64,000 nt of DNA from NCBI GenBank assembly GCA_963806855.1, contig CAWDYW010000002.1, forward strand, positions 145,294 through 209,293. The letters are read 5' to 3'. Origin of the DNA: an uncultured Verrucomicrobiae bacterium. Its GTDB lineage: Bacteria; Chlamydiota; Chlamydiia; Chlamydiales; Rhabdochlamydiaceae. Shown here piece after piece: positions 18,651-28,579 of the stretch. Position 1 is the stretch's first letter; each line of letters opens with the position of its first letter. The notes beneath the pieces are model-generated. The model worked only from the letters and a program-made list of their open reading frames with translations, searched no databases and had not been told where the DNA came from. The position numbers and the translations under genes are program-made.

Positions 18651-19896
18651 ATGGACGAAGAAACTAAAATTACACCATGGGAAGTGACATCGACGGACCG
18701 GGATCGACTATTTGAAGGTGATCCGGGAGTTCGGGTGCCAACCGATCGACGGGGCAATCGTGCGCCGTTTTGAAAAAGTGACCGGCATGCGGGCTCATCC
18801 CTGGCTCCGCCGCGGTATTTTCTTCTCCCACAAAGACCTCAATCTAGTGCTCGATGCCTACGAGAAAGGGGAGGAGATCTACCTCTACACCGGCCGCGGG
18901 CCCAGTTCCGAATCGCTCCACCTTGGCCACATGGTCCCGTTCATGTTCACCAAGTATTTGCAGACGGCCCTCGATGCGATTGTCGTTGTCCAGATGACCG
19001 ACGACGAGAAATATTATTTCAAAGAAGGGCTGCCGCTCGAAGAGGCCAACCGGCTGACCCGTCTCAATGCCAGAGACATCATCGCTTGCGGCTTCAATCC
19101 GAAGAAGACCTGGATCTTTTCCAATCTCGAAACCGTCGGCGGCTCCTTCTACCGCAACATCGTCAAAATCATGAAGCACACCTCTGGGAATCTGGTCCAC
19201 GGCATCTACGGCCTAGACCTCAGCAACAATATCGGACAGTTGAGCTGGCCCTGCTTCCAAGCTGCCCCCGCCTTCAGCACCTCCTTTGCCAACATCTTCG
19301 GCGACGCCCAAGTCCTCTGCCTCGTCCCGATGGCGATCGACCAGTACCCCTACTTCCGGATGGCCCGCGAGATCGCTCATAAACTCGACTACCTCAAGCC
19401 CGCCACCATTCAGTCCCGCTTTCTCCCCAGCCTCGAACAGGCCCACGACAAAGCGAGCTCGACAGGGACAAAAGAGGTGATCTTCATGAACGATACCCAA
19501 GAGGCCCTCACCAAAAAGATCCGCGAGAAAGCCTTCTCTGGCGGCGGGATGACCAAGCAAGAGCATATCGAAAAAGGGGCCAACCTCGCTGTCGATGTCC
19601 CCTACCACTACCTCCTCTACTTCCTCGATGATGACCAAGAACTCGAGCGGATCGCCCGAGAGTATAAAGCGGGGCGGATGATGACCTCCGAAGTGAAAAA
19701 GAAGACCATCGAAGTCGTCTGGAACGTCCTCAAGGAACACCAAGAGGGGCGCCGTCTTGTCACCGACGAGATGGTCGATCTCTTCATGGACCCCGATCGC
19801 GATTTTGACCATAGCCGCCATCCTAGGGAAAAGATCGCCCATAACGAGGAAGAGCAGCACCTGGGCTTCCATTTCGACCCTTATTTCAGTGGTTAA
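18651..19896 (+). CDS. trpS: Tryptophan--tRNA ligase, eukaryotic/archaeal type; one-base frameshift near 18698
   Basis: ITPWEV and IDYLK at the N-terminus, YLYTGRGPSSESLHLGH, AIDQYPYFR, AFSGG. Confidence 0.9.
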
Positions 19897-19913
19897 ACAC
19901 CCTCTCTATGGGT

Positions 19914-20080
19914 TATACCCCGACTCGCCCAAAAGTGTGAATTTGGACCCACGCGAAAGCTCTCGCGGTTCAGCTGTTTTTCCGAGGGTAGTATCGAATA
20001 TATACAACCCTCGGAAAAACAGTTGAACCCCGAGGCTTTGGCGCGGTCCAAATTCACACTTTTGGGCGAGTCGGGGTATA
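19914..20080. mobile_element. MITE family 1, 167 bp
   Basis: tataccccgactcgcccaaaagtgtgaatttggacc terminal inverted repeats; near reverse complement of 5608-5774. Confidence 0.9.
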
Positions 20081-20093
20081 GCCAAGAAAGAAA

Positions 20094-20169
20094 GAACGCA
20101 AAGACGCGAAGGCGCTAAGATTAAAAAAAATATTTTTTTGCGTCTTAGCGCCTTCGCGTCTTTGCGTTC
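20094..20169. repeat. Palindromic element, family 2
   Basis: 27-bp perfect inverted repeat gaacgcaaagacgcgaaggcgctaaga with an A/T-rich loop. Confidence 0.8.
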
Positions 20170-20287
20170 AAACAGACATGTATATATAACTAACTATCTA
20201 ATATTTAGCATATTACGAAATAGTATAGCCATTATTGTAATTAATATTTAATTATGATATAATTAAGTATATAATAATGGAGATAAT

Positions 20288-21325
20288 ATGTTTTTAAACA
20301 GATCGTTAAATAATTCTGTTCCAAGTTTGGCGAATTTAGCAGCTGATGCCCTATTACAAAACCCTCAGCAGGCTTTAAAAAGTTACACAGATAAAGATTC
20401 ATTTTTACAAGTCTATCCGCTTAAGATCAGTGAATTTACTTCATTCGATCTTAGCCAATTACAAGCAGCTATACAAAAATTGGAGCTGCCTGAAGGGGTC
20501 CTCATCTACACGACTGGAAGCGACGGAAAACTAGAAAAGAGCTGTCGGTCAGAATCACCTATTGAACTAATCGTCGTATGCGATTCAAAAATAAAAGGTG
20601 TAGTTGCAGCAAAAATCGATTCTTTATTTAAAAGTAAGCTGCTCCTAATAGACAGGAGGATAGAATATAAAGATCCTAAATCCGATTCTCTTCTTATCTG
20701 CGTTACTACTAACACATTCATTCCATCGCGCTTTCTTCATAATCTCAGGCTTATCGGATCAGATCAACAGATGGAGGAATTAACCCTTAAATTTGTGAGT
20801 GATATCCAACAAATGACAACGGGGAAGCACAGTGATAGATCAAAATTTGTCGACGGCTTTGTTGTAAAACATACTAATCAAATGAATAAAGTCATCAGTG
20901 GAAAGGACTCCAATGATGTCGACTTAGCAAAAGGGGTAATTTCTTATTCAGGCATGGGAAGAAAGGCAACAAAATACTCTCTGCTACGCCCTATTCAATA
21001 CACCCTAGATTTAGTTCTAATTGACGCGATTAGATCAAAAGCTAAGACCCAAGCAGAATACGCTCAAATCTTAAGAGATATGCCAAGACGAGTGCCAGAA
21101 CAAATCGATTACATGAGGGAAATAGGACTACTACCACGTCTTTCTGAGGAGGATGTTAGAGATCTAAAAAAAGCTTATACTTTAGGGCTGTTTTATTTCC
21201 AAACGTCGCAGCACCTGGTCTCCACAAGGGAGAATGGGCAAGTGCAATTTCCAATTTCAGATAAAGAAGAGTTGGTAAAAGCGTACAAAGATACACAGCG
21301 AATCTTAAAAATACTGAGAAAGTAA
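20288..21325 (+). CDS. Hypothetical protein, possible degenerate Pol-beta-fold nucleotidyltransferase
   Basis: TTGSDGKLEK...SPIELIVV; paralog of the next gene. Confidence 0.6.
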   Translation: MFLNRSLNNSVPSLANLAADALLQNPQQALKSYTDKDSFLQVYPLKISEFTSFDLSQLQAAIQKLELPEGVLIYTTGSDGKLEKSCRSESPIELIVVCDSKIKGVVAAKIDSLFKSKLLLIDRRIEYKDPKSDSLLICVTTNTFIPSRFLHNLRLIGSDQQMEELTLKFVSDIQQMTTGKHSDRSKFVDGFVVKHTNQMNKVISGKDSNDVDLAKGVISYSGMGRKATKYSLLRPIQYTLDLVLIDAIRSKAKTQAEYAQILRDMPRRVPEQIDYMREIGLLPRLSEEDVRDLKKAYTLGLFYFQTSQHLVSTRENGQVQFPISDKEELVKAYKDTQRILKILRK

Positions 21326-21441
21326 TACCTCAAGAATCGGTATAACTAGGCATCTGATGAGTGAATTAGTATTAAAATTTTTTTAATAATGGCTTAAATA
21401 CTATAGTTTGTGGTATAATAAACCCATCTTCATTCTATAGG

Positions 21442-22434
21442 GTGATTATGGCAGGGCATGTAAAATATACTGATTCCGCGGCTTTAGGTTTTAATAGACA
21501 TGATGTTTTAGAATGGAATTCCAAAGCTCAAAAATTTTCTACAGATGAAATTTCCCGAGTCTGTCAAATTCTAAAAGGCTTGGATCTACCTTCCTCAGCG
21601 TTCATTTGTACAAGTGGTACTGCTGGGAAGTTAGAACTCACTGGGCGTGAAGAGGAACCTATCCGCCTCTGTTTGATATGCGATAAATCTATCGAAAAAC
21701 AGACCAAAGATAAAGTCCGCAGCGTAATTTCTAAGTATTTCGGTGGCAACTTCCCTATTGAATGGAAAGATGCCTCTTGTCAGATTAAAGTAGGCGACAT
21801 CTGCTTTCCATCTCATTTTATTCATCAGATTTTCTTGAGTGGAGACCCGAATAAGTTAGATGGCTTATTTTATCAATTTGTCAAAGAAGTCCAAGAAATG
21901 CCTGGGGAAATGCGGCAAAAATTTCGGAAACAATTCGTTGCAAGTCATCTCAGTCAATTACATCGAGTGATTGACGGAAGAGAGTCCCAAAGTGTCGATC
22001 TAGAAAATGGGGTAATCGCCTATGGAGGACCTAAACAACAATCGACCAAACGCTCCCTTTTGCTTCCTATTCAATATGTTCTAGATTTACGTATCATCGA
22101 TGCAATACGGGTTCTTGGACATTGGCCAAAAGACTATGTCTCTTTTCTAAAATTTATGCCAAAAGCAATTCCCGAGCTCATTGAATACATGTTCAAAGAA
22201 CGGCTTCTTCCAGAATTATGCAAACAAGATATTGAAGATCTACAAAACGCCTACCGGTTAGGTTTATTCTATTTTCAAATGGGACAAAATGCTTGCAACC
22301 CGCCGGAGGGTGTAGCGATAAAGCTCACAGAGGAAGACAAAGCTCGGCTCCAAAAGGCCTACGCCGATACGCAGCGCGTTTTAGGAAAAATCAAACCGGA
22401 TCAATTCTGCAAAAACAGAAGCGCATTTGCCTAG
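21442..22434 (+). CDS. Hypothetical protein, paralog of 20288-21325
   Basis: Shared VDLxxGVIxY, SLLxPIQYxLDL, AYxLGLFYFQ and AYxDTQR motifs. Confidence 0.7.
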   Translation: MIMAGHVKYTDSAALGFNRHDVLEWNSKAQKFSTDEISRVCQILKGLDLPSSAFICTSGTAGKLELTGREEEPIRLCLICDKSIEKQTKDKVRSVISKYFGGNFPIEWKDASCQIKVGDICFPSHFIHQIFLSGDPNKLDGLFYQFVKEVQEMPGEMRQKFRKQFVASHLSQLHRVIDGRESQSVDLENGVIAYGGPKQQSTKRSLLLPIQYVLDLRIIDAIRVLGHWPKDYVSFLKFMPKAIPELIEYMFKERLLPELCKQDIEDLQNAYRLGLFYFQMGQNACNPPEGVAIKLTEEDKARLQKAYADTQRVLGKIKPDQFCKNRSAFA

Positions 22435-22555
22435 TACTCTGTACTTTCCATAGGCGGAGATAAAAATCATAATTTTAGTTATTCCTTTTTAATGTGCGAC
22501 TATTTATAATAAACATTACGTAGTTGTAACCATAATAAACTATAGGAGAAATCAA

Positions 22556-23407
22556 ATGTTAAGAAAGTGGATCGCTAAAGGTCTCGCCATCGCCCTCTGT
22601 GCAGGAAGTATTGCCCCCTTAAGCGGAGAGGAGACTCCCTATTCCTACTCAGGGCAGCAAATCGTCGCCGAAGTAGAGTCCTCCTATAAGAAAGGGGAGT
22701 ATGAAATTTTCCTAGAGCAACTACACGAGCAATACCAAAGAGCCGGCAAAGCAGGTGTCTTACGGGGAGTTTTTGAAAGCGCCAAAGCCGTGATGCCCGT
22801 TTCGGCAACTGTAAAAGATCAGAAAGAGTACCGCTCCGAGCTCGCCCAGCTCGATCAGGAGCGCAATAAGCAACTCCTCGAAGCGGTCGGCGATAACAAA
22901 GATTCGGCAATCGGCAACAAAATTGAAGAGATTTCCTCCTATAAAATTTCCCAAGAGCAAATCGAGGTCCTAGCTGAACTCGATACACTCAAATACCAAG
23001 TCCCACAAGATGCCAAAGCGACGATGGACAATAAAATTGCTGCTCTGGAGATCGAGTATTACATCAAGTCGCTCCTACTGGATGTCGCCTCTCAAAAATC
23101 GGGATCATCTCCTGAAGAACTAAATAAAAAGAAAATCGCCCTTGTGCTCAAAAAACTCGACCTGATGGAAGCTGCTGCGCAAGAATATAATGATGAAATT
23201 TGGATGAAAAAAATTGCCGTTGCAAAAGAGGGATTTCGCACTGACAAAGCATACAAGATGGATGTTGCGGTCCTAAAGGAACTAGCAGCTGGCAACATCA
23301 ATCCTGAAAATCCTGTTGAAGAAAAAGTGAAAGGAATTATGATAGACTTTCTAAGCCAGCGCACCGCGAAAACCGACCAATATATAGCTGACTTAGGCAA
23401 ATCTTAG
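22556..23407 (+). CDS. Hypothetical exported protein
   Basis: Sec-like signal peptide, AGGAG RBS. Confidence 0.75.
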   Translation: MLRKWIAKGLAIALCAGSIAPLSGEETPYSYSGQQIVAEVESSYKKGEYEIFLEQLHEQYQRAGKAGVLRGVFESAKAVMPVSATVKDQKEYRSELAQLDQERNKQLLEAVGDNKDSAIGNKIEEISSYKISQEQIEVLAELDTLKYQVPQDAKATMDNKIAALEIEYYIKSLLLDVASQKSGSSPEELNKKKIALVLKKLDLMEAAAQEYNDEIWMKKIAVAKEGFRTDKAYKMDVAVLKELAAGNINPENPVEEKVKGIMIDFLSQRTAKTDQYIADLGKS

Positions 23408-23464
23408 TACTTGGAGCCGTCTCGGGCAGGGGAATCTACTTCCCCCAAAGAAAGGTGTCCTTTT

Positions 23465-23500
23465 AAAAGCTCTCAGGTTCTCCCCCTGAGAGCTTTTTTT
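23465..23500. terminator. Bidirectional intrinsic terminator
   Basis: aaaagctctcagg/cctgagagcttttt hairpin between convergent genes. Confidence 0.75.
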
Positions 23501-23879
23501 ATTCTTCTTCTTCAGTTTCTTCTTTTTCTTCTTCGAATTCCTCTTCCTCGGCAGTGCGGCTCTCGATCCATTCTCTGAAGAAGATATAGACGCCCCCGAT
23601 GGCGAAGAGGACGGGGAGGAAGACTTGCCACTGGATTTCGAACTGGACCGTTACCCAGGCACCGATAAAGACGAACAGAGTGATCCCCATGTCGTAGTGG
23701 CGTCCCTGGAGATATTGGAGGATCGCCAAGGGGACCCCGACGACGAGCATGATCCCGGGCCACCAGTTGTTCAGATAAGTGATGATGACGATCCCAAATA
23801 GGAACAGGACCAGAGCGACGATTTTCGCCCGTTTGCGCATGAGCAAGGGTTTGGACATAGGACTACCTCTAAAACTCAC
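23499..23879 (-). CDS. Small membrane protein with acidic tail
   Basis: Four hydrophobic segments, WWPGI motif. Confidence 0.75.
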   Translation of the reverse strand: MSFRGSPMSKPLLMRKRAKIVALVLFLFGIVIITYLNNWWPGIMLVVGVPLAILQYLQGRHYDMGITLFVFIGAWVTVQFEIQWQVFLPVLFAIGGVYIFFREWIESRTAEEEEFEEEKEETEEEE

Positions 23880-23915
23880 ATTACGGTGATCGTCTTTTTT
23901 TTAAAATATTTTTTA

Positions 23916-25463
23916 TCAGTTGGCGCATTGGGAATACTCAACTTGTGTTGAATAGTTGTCGGCGTCGACTACCCAGCCGCCGCCGAGGGCTTGGTAGATG
24001 CTGATCAGGCTGGTGTAACTTTGCCCAAGGGTTTGAGTGTAATTGACTTGTGTCGAAAGGAGGTCGATTAGGGCGTCGAGGAAGGCGATCATATCGGTTT
24101 GCCCATATTCATATAGGTATTCGTTAAGGCGGACAAATTCTTTTAAAGCCCGGATTCCAGCATTTTGCTCTTTGACCAGTTTGAGGGTAAGGGTATGAGA
24201 GATCAGGGCATCGTTGACCTCTTTAAAGCCGTTGAGCACAGCCTGTTGGTAGGCGTGGACGAGGGTCTCTTTTTGGGCCTCGGCTAGGCGGAGTTGGTAG
24301 GTCAAATTGCCCCCGGTAAAGATCTCTTGCAGGAGGGTGACACCATATTGCCAAATGGTCGAGGGGTTTTTGAGCAGCTGGTGCAGAAATGAGCTTTGGG
24401 TCCCATATTCGCCAGTGAGGGAGATTTGGGGGAAGAATGCCGCCCGGGCGACGCCGATTTGGGCATTGGCAGCGATCAAGTTTTCCTCGGCAGCGAGGAT
24501 ATCGGGACGTTGGTTAAGCAGGTCGGAGGGGAGGAAGGTGGGCACTTGCGGCGGCATGGAAATTTCGCTGAGGAGTTTGCCTCGCGGCATATCGGCAGGT
24601 GGGCGACCGACGAGGATGCTGAGGAGGTCTTCTTGGATGCCAATGGAGATTTTCAGTTGCTCGACTGTGGTCTGGGCGCTCGCGACGTCAGCTTTTGCTA
24701 GTTCGACATCGACATCGCTCACTTGCCCGAGGTGGTAGCGCGCTTCAGTCAATTTGAGGATTTCCAAACGGGCATCGAGGAGGCCATTTGCGAAATCGAC
24801 CTGCAGGTCGAACTGTCGCATTTGGATGTAGGAGCTGGCGACCGCGCTGACGACGGTGAGGACGACGGTTCTGCGCACTTCGATCTGGGCGAGGAGCTGG
24901 TGGAGGGCTACGTCATTGGCGCTGCGGATCTGCCCCCATAGGTCGATGTACCAAGAGCCATTGAGGACCATCGTATAGAGGGGCTCTTTGGTCGGTTGGC
25001 CGGGTGTAATGGGGACGAGGATGGTGGTCGCCGACTCTTTTTGTCTAATCGCTTCGATGTTGCCGCTGATTTGGGGGTAGAGCTGGGAGCGGGAAATGCC
25101 CAGCTGCGCCATGAATTGTTCGACACGGTAGATCGCCGTTTTGATGTCTTGGTTGTATTGGAGAGCCTGCGTGACCAGCTCATTCAAAACGGGGTCTTGC
25201 AGCAGGGTCCACCAGCAGGTGTTTGGGTTGCAGGAGATCTCTTCCGGCTCGATGCGCCACTGGCAGGGGATTTCGGGTTCAGGGCGGCAATATTTGGGTT
25301 GGAGGGTGCAAGCGCTTAAGAAAATGAAAGAAAGGATGGGCCAACGACCTTTTTCAACGCAAAGACGCAGAGACGCAAAGACGCAAAGAAAAAACCAATT
25401 TTTTTTATTTTTTGCGTCTTTGCGTCTCTGCGTCTTTGCGTTGAAAAAAGTCTTCAATTTCAT
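23916..25463 (-). CDS. RND efflux outer-membrane lipoprotein (OprM/NodT family)
   Basis: LSAC lipobox, PSDLLNQRPDI, ARAAFFPQISLTG and YQALGGGW motifs. Confidence 0.92.
   Translation of the reverse strand: MKLKTFFNAKTQRRKDAKNKKNWFFLCVFASLRLCVEKGRWPILSFIFLSACTLQPKYCRPEPEIPCQWRIEPEEISCNPNTCWWTLLQDPVLNELVTQALQYNQDIKTAIYRVEQFMAQLGISRSQLYPQISGNIEAIRQKESATTILVPITPGQPTKEPLYTMVLNGSWYIDLWGQIRSANDVALHQLLAQIEVRRTVVLTVVSAVASSYIQMRQFDLQVDFANGLLDARLEILKLTEARYHLGQVSDVDVELAKADVASAQTTVEQLKISIGIQEDLLSILVGRPPADMPRGKLLSEISMPPQVPTFLPSDLLNQRPDILAAEENLIAANAQIGVARAAFFPQISLTGEYGTQSSFLHQLLKNPSTIWQYGVTLLQEIFTGGNLTYQLRLAEAQKETLVHAYQQAVLNGFKEVNDALISHTLTLKLVKEQNAGIRALKEFVRLNEYLYEYGQTDMIAFLDALIDLLSTQVNYTQTLGQSYTSLISIYQALGGGWVVDADNYSTQVEYSQCAN
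25350..25448. repeat. Palindromic element, family 2, inside the 5' end of the OMF gene
   Basis: 38-bp perfect inverted repeat built of acgcaaag units; 99 bp total. Confidence 0.85.
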
Positions 25464-28400
25464 GCCTTAGGCTCCTCTTTCTTTTTCACTTTGATCCGCT
25501 TGGCACAGAGGACAAAGAAGAGGGGGACGAAGCAGAGGGCAAGGGTCGTTGCGGCGATCATCCCGCCGAGGACGCCGACGCCGACCGAGTGGCGGCTAGC
25601 GGCACCGGCTCCCGAACTGAAGACGAGGGGGAGCACGCCGCAGATAAAGACGAGCGAGGTCATGATGATGGCTCGGAAACGGAGGCGGGCCGCTTCGATA
25701 GCAGCATCGGTGACCGACATCCCTTCCTCCATCTTCATCAGGGCGAATTCGACGATCAGGATCGAGTTTTTTGCCGATAGGGCGATCAGGGTGACCAGTC
25801 CAATTTGGAAATAGACGTCGTTAGACATCCCTAAGAGTTTGATGGCGATGAAGGCCCCCAAGGTTCCAAAGGGGACGATCAGGATGATGGCGAAGGGCAG
25901 CGACCACCTTTCGTAGAGGGCCGACAGAATGAGGAAGACCATCACGAGGCCGGCGATGAAAGCAACCGACGAGGTGCCGCCGCTGGCGATTTCCTGATAA
26001 GCCTGGCCGCTCCAGCCGTAGTACATATCCTCTGGCAGCACGCTCTTGGCCAGCTCTTCCATCGCCTGGATCGCTTGGCCCGAGCTGTACCCTTTCGCAG
26101 GGCCGCCGATGATTTGCGCACCGGGGAAGTCGTTGAAGCGGCTGATCAAGTTGGGCCCCGATTTATATTCGACGTTCACCAGGGAGTTGACAGGCACCAT
26201 CTGATTGTAAATAGAGCGGACGTAGACATCTCGGAGGTTTTCCAGTTTTTCTCGGTAGGAGGGCTCTGCTTGGACGAGCACCTGATAGACGAGTCCAAAT
26301 TTGTTGAAGTTATTGATATAGTAGGAGCCAAAGAAGGCTTGGAGCGTCTGGAACACATCGGCGATGGCGACTCCCATGCACTTAGCTTTACTCCGATCGA
26401 GGTCGAGGAAAAATTGCATATTGTCGAACGAGGCCGTGGTATGCAAAGCGTCAAGCTCGGGCCGTTTTTTGGCTGCGGCGAGAAATTTGCCCAGGGTCTC
26501 TTCTAGGGCTCTGCTGCCCCCTGTCCCCCGATTTTCGATCCAAAATTCAAATCCGCCTACCGTTCCAAGTCCTTGAATAGCCGGTGGGTTGACGGTGAGC
26601 ACAGTAGAATCTTGGATTTTGTAAAGGAAGGCCTTATTGAGCTCTTGGATCACTGCATCTGCGTGCATGTTTTTCTTTTTCCGGTATTTCCAATCTTTGA
26701 GCGTGATGAAGTGAGTGCCGACGGCGGTCCGGTCGATGCTTTCGATCAGGCTAAAACCGGTGAACGAAACCACCTTGTCAACAGCATCATTCTCCTTGCA
26801 AATTTGATAGATCTGTTCAGTGACTTTGGCATTCCGATCGAGGCTCGCCCCATCGGGAAGGTAGGCCAGTGCAATCACATACCCCTGATCTTCATTGGGG
26901 ACAAAGCCCGTCGGCGTCGTCTTAAAAAAGTAGAGCAGGAGGGCAACGAGTATACAGAATAGGATGATCGCGGATATGGTACGTTGAATGACAAAGCCGG
27001 CAATTTTTAAATAGCCATGCGTCACTTTTTCGAGACCTCGATTGAACCGTTCAGCCCATTTAGATGTCTTTTCATGCGGTTTGAGGACAATCGCCGCAAT
27101 CGCCGGACTTAACGTCAGGGCCACTAGCCCAGAGAAAAAGACCGAAATCGTAATCGTGATGGCAAATTGTTTATAGAGCTGCCCTGCGATCCCTCCAAGG
27201 AAGGCGATCGGGATAAAGACAGCGCAAAGGACAAAGACAATCGCAATCACCGGCGCCGTCACCTCATCCATCGCTTTGCGAGCCGCATCGCGAGGGGAGA
27301 GCTTGAGAGTTCGCATGTTCCTCTCGACGTTTTCGGCCACCACAATCGCATCGTCGACCACAATTCCAATCGCCAGCACCATCGCAAAGAGAGTGAGCGT
27401 ATTGATCGAATAGCCGATGACCCAGATACCGGCAAAAGCCCCTAAAATCGAGACGAGCAGAGCCATAAACGGGATCAACGTAATCCTTAAGTTTTGCAGG
27501 AAAATGAACATGACGATCACGACCAGGATCGTCGCTTCGAAGATCGTGTGAACCACCTCTTCGATCGAAAGTTGGATGAACGTAGTCGTGTCGTAGGGGA
27601 TCGAATACTCAAGCCCCTCGGGAAACCGCTTTGAAATTTTCTTCATCGCCGTCCGGATCGATTCGGCGACATCGATCGCATTGGCCCCATACTGCTGATA
27701 AATCGCGAGGAGAATGGCTGGCTTTCCGTTGACAGAGCCGTCGACAAGATAGTTTTGAGCTCCCAGTTCTACCGAACCGATATCTTTCACTCGGACGATT
27801 GCCCCATTGATGTCAGCCCGCACAATGATATCGCTGAATTGCTCCGGAGTCGACAATCTACCCAAAGCTCCCATCGGCACGGTCAGCGAAACAGCGTGGG
27901 CATTAGGAGCTTGGCCCACCTGACCGATCCCGAAGTCAGTATTTTGCTCATTGATCGCATTGACGACATCGGTTGTCGCGATCCCCAGCTGCGCCATCAG
28001 GTCGGGCCTAAGCCACACCCGCATCGCATAGTTGCGTTGTCCGATAGTGGTGATCGAGCTAATCCCAGGAAGAAGCTCCAGCTCATTGACCACATTCACC
28101 AAAGCATAATTGCTCATAAAAAGCGTATCGTAACGGTCGCTGGGCGATTGGATCGCCACGACGAGCAGAATATTGGGCGTCTGCTTGGTAATCGTCAGCC
28201 CCTGCTGCTGCACCTGCTGCGGTAGCTGCGCCAAAGCCTGGTTGGCCAAATTTTGCACATGGATTTGGGCCACGTTGGCATCGCTTCCCAGAGCAAAATA
28301 GACCTCGAGATTCATATTCCCAGTCGAAGAGTTTTGCGAATACATGTAGATCATGTTTTCGGCGCCCAGAATCTGCTGCTCAAGAGGCGAGGCCACATCG

Positions 28401-28579
28401 TTGGCCATCGTCTCGGCATTGGCCCCATTGAACGTCGCCGACACCACAATTTCAGGGGGAGTGATATTGGGATACTGCTCAATTGGAAGATTGCGCATCG
28501 CCGTCAAACCGGCGAGCGCGATCACAATCGAGATCACACTGGCGAAGATCGGATGGTCGATAAAGAAACGGGAGATCAT
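25460..28579 (-). CDS. RND efflux permease (AcrB/MexB family)
   Basis: AIGIVVDDAIVVAEN, KNSILIVEFA and RFRAIIMTS motifs; 1039 aa. Confidence 0.95.
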   Translation of the reverse strand: MISRFFIDHPIFASVISIVIALAGLTAMRNLPIEQYPNITPPEIVVSATFNGANAETMANDVASPLEQQILGAENMIYMYSQNSSTGNMNLEVYFALGSDANVAQIHVQNLANQALAQLPQQVQQQGLTITKQTPNILLVVAIQSPSDRYDTLFMSNYALVNVVNELELLPGISSITTIGQRNYAMRVWLRPDLMAQLGIATTDVVNAINEQNTDFGIGQVGQAPNAHAVSLTVPMGALGRLSTPEQFSDIIVRADINGAIVRVKDIGSVELGAQNYLVDGSVNGKPAILLAIYQQYGANAIDVAESIRTAMKKISKRFPEGLEYSIPYDTTTFIQLSIEEVVHTIFEATILVVIVMFIFLQNLRITLIPFMALLVSILGAFAGIWVIGYSINTLTLFAMVLAIGIVVDDAIVVAENVERNMRTLKLSPRDAARKAMDEVTAPVIAIVFVLCAVFIPIAFLGGIAGQLYKQFAITITISVFFSGLVALTLSPAIAAIVLKPHEKTSKWAERFNRGLEKVTHGYLKIAGFVIQRTISAIILFCILVALLLYFFKTTPTGFVPNEDQGYVIALAYLPDGASLDRNAKVTEQIYQICKENDAVDKVVSFTGFSLIESIDRTAVGTHFITLKDWKYRKKKNMHADAVIQELNKAFLYKIQDSTVLTVNPPAIQGLGTVGGFEFWIENRGTGGSRALEETLGKFLAAAKKRPELDALHTTASFDNMQFFLDLDRSKAKCMGVAIADVFQTLQAFFGSYYINNFNKFGLVYQVLVQAEPSYREKLENLRDVYVRSIYNQMVPVNSLVNVEYKSGPNLISRFNDFPGAQIIGGPAKGYSSGQAIQAMEELAKSVLPEDMYYGWSGQAYQEIASGGTSSVAFIAGLVMVFLILSALYERWSLPFAIILIVPFGTLGAFIAIKLLGMSNDVYFQIGLVTLIALSAKNSILIVEFALMKMEEGMSVTDAAIEAARLRFRAIIMTSLVFICGVLPLVFSSGAGAASRHSVGVGVLGGMIAATTLALCFVPLFFVLCAKRIKVKKKEEPKA

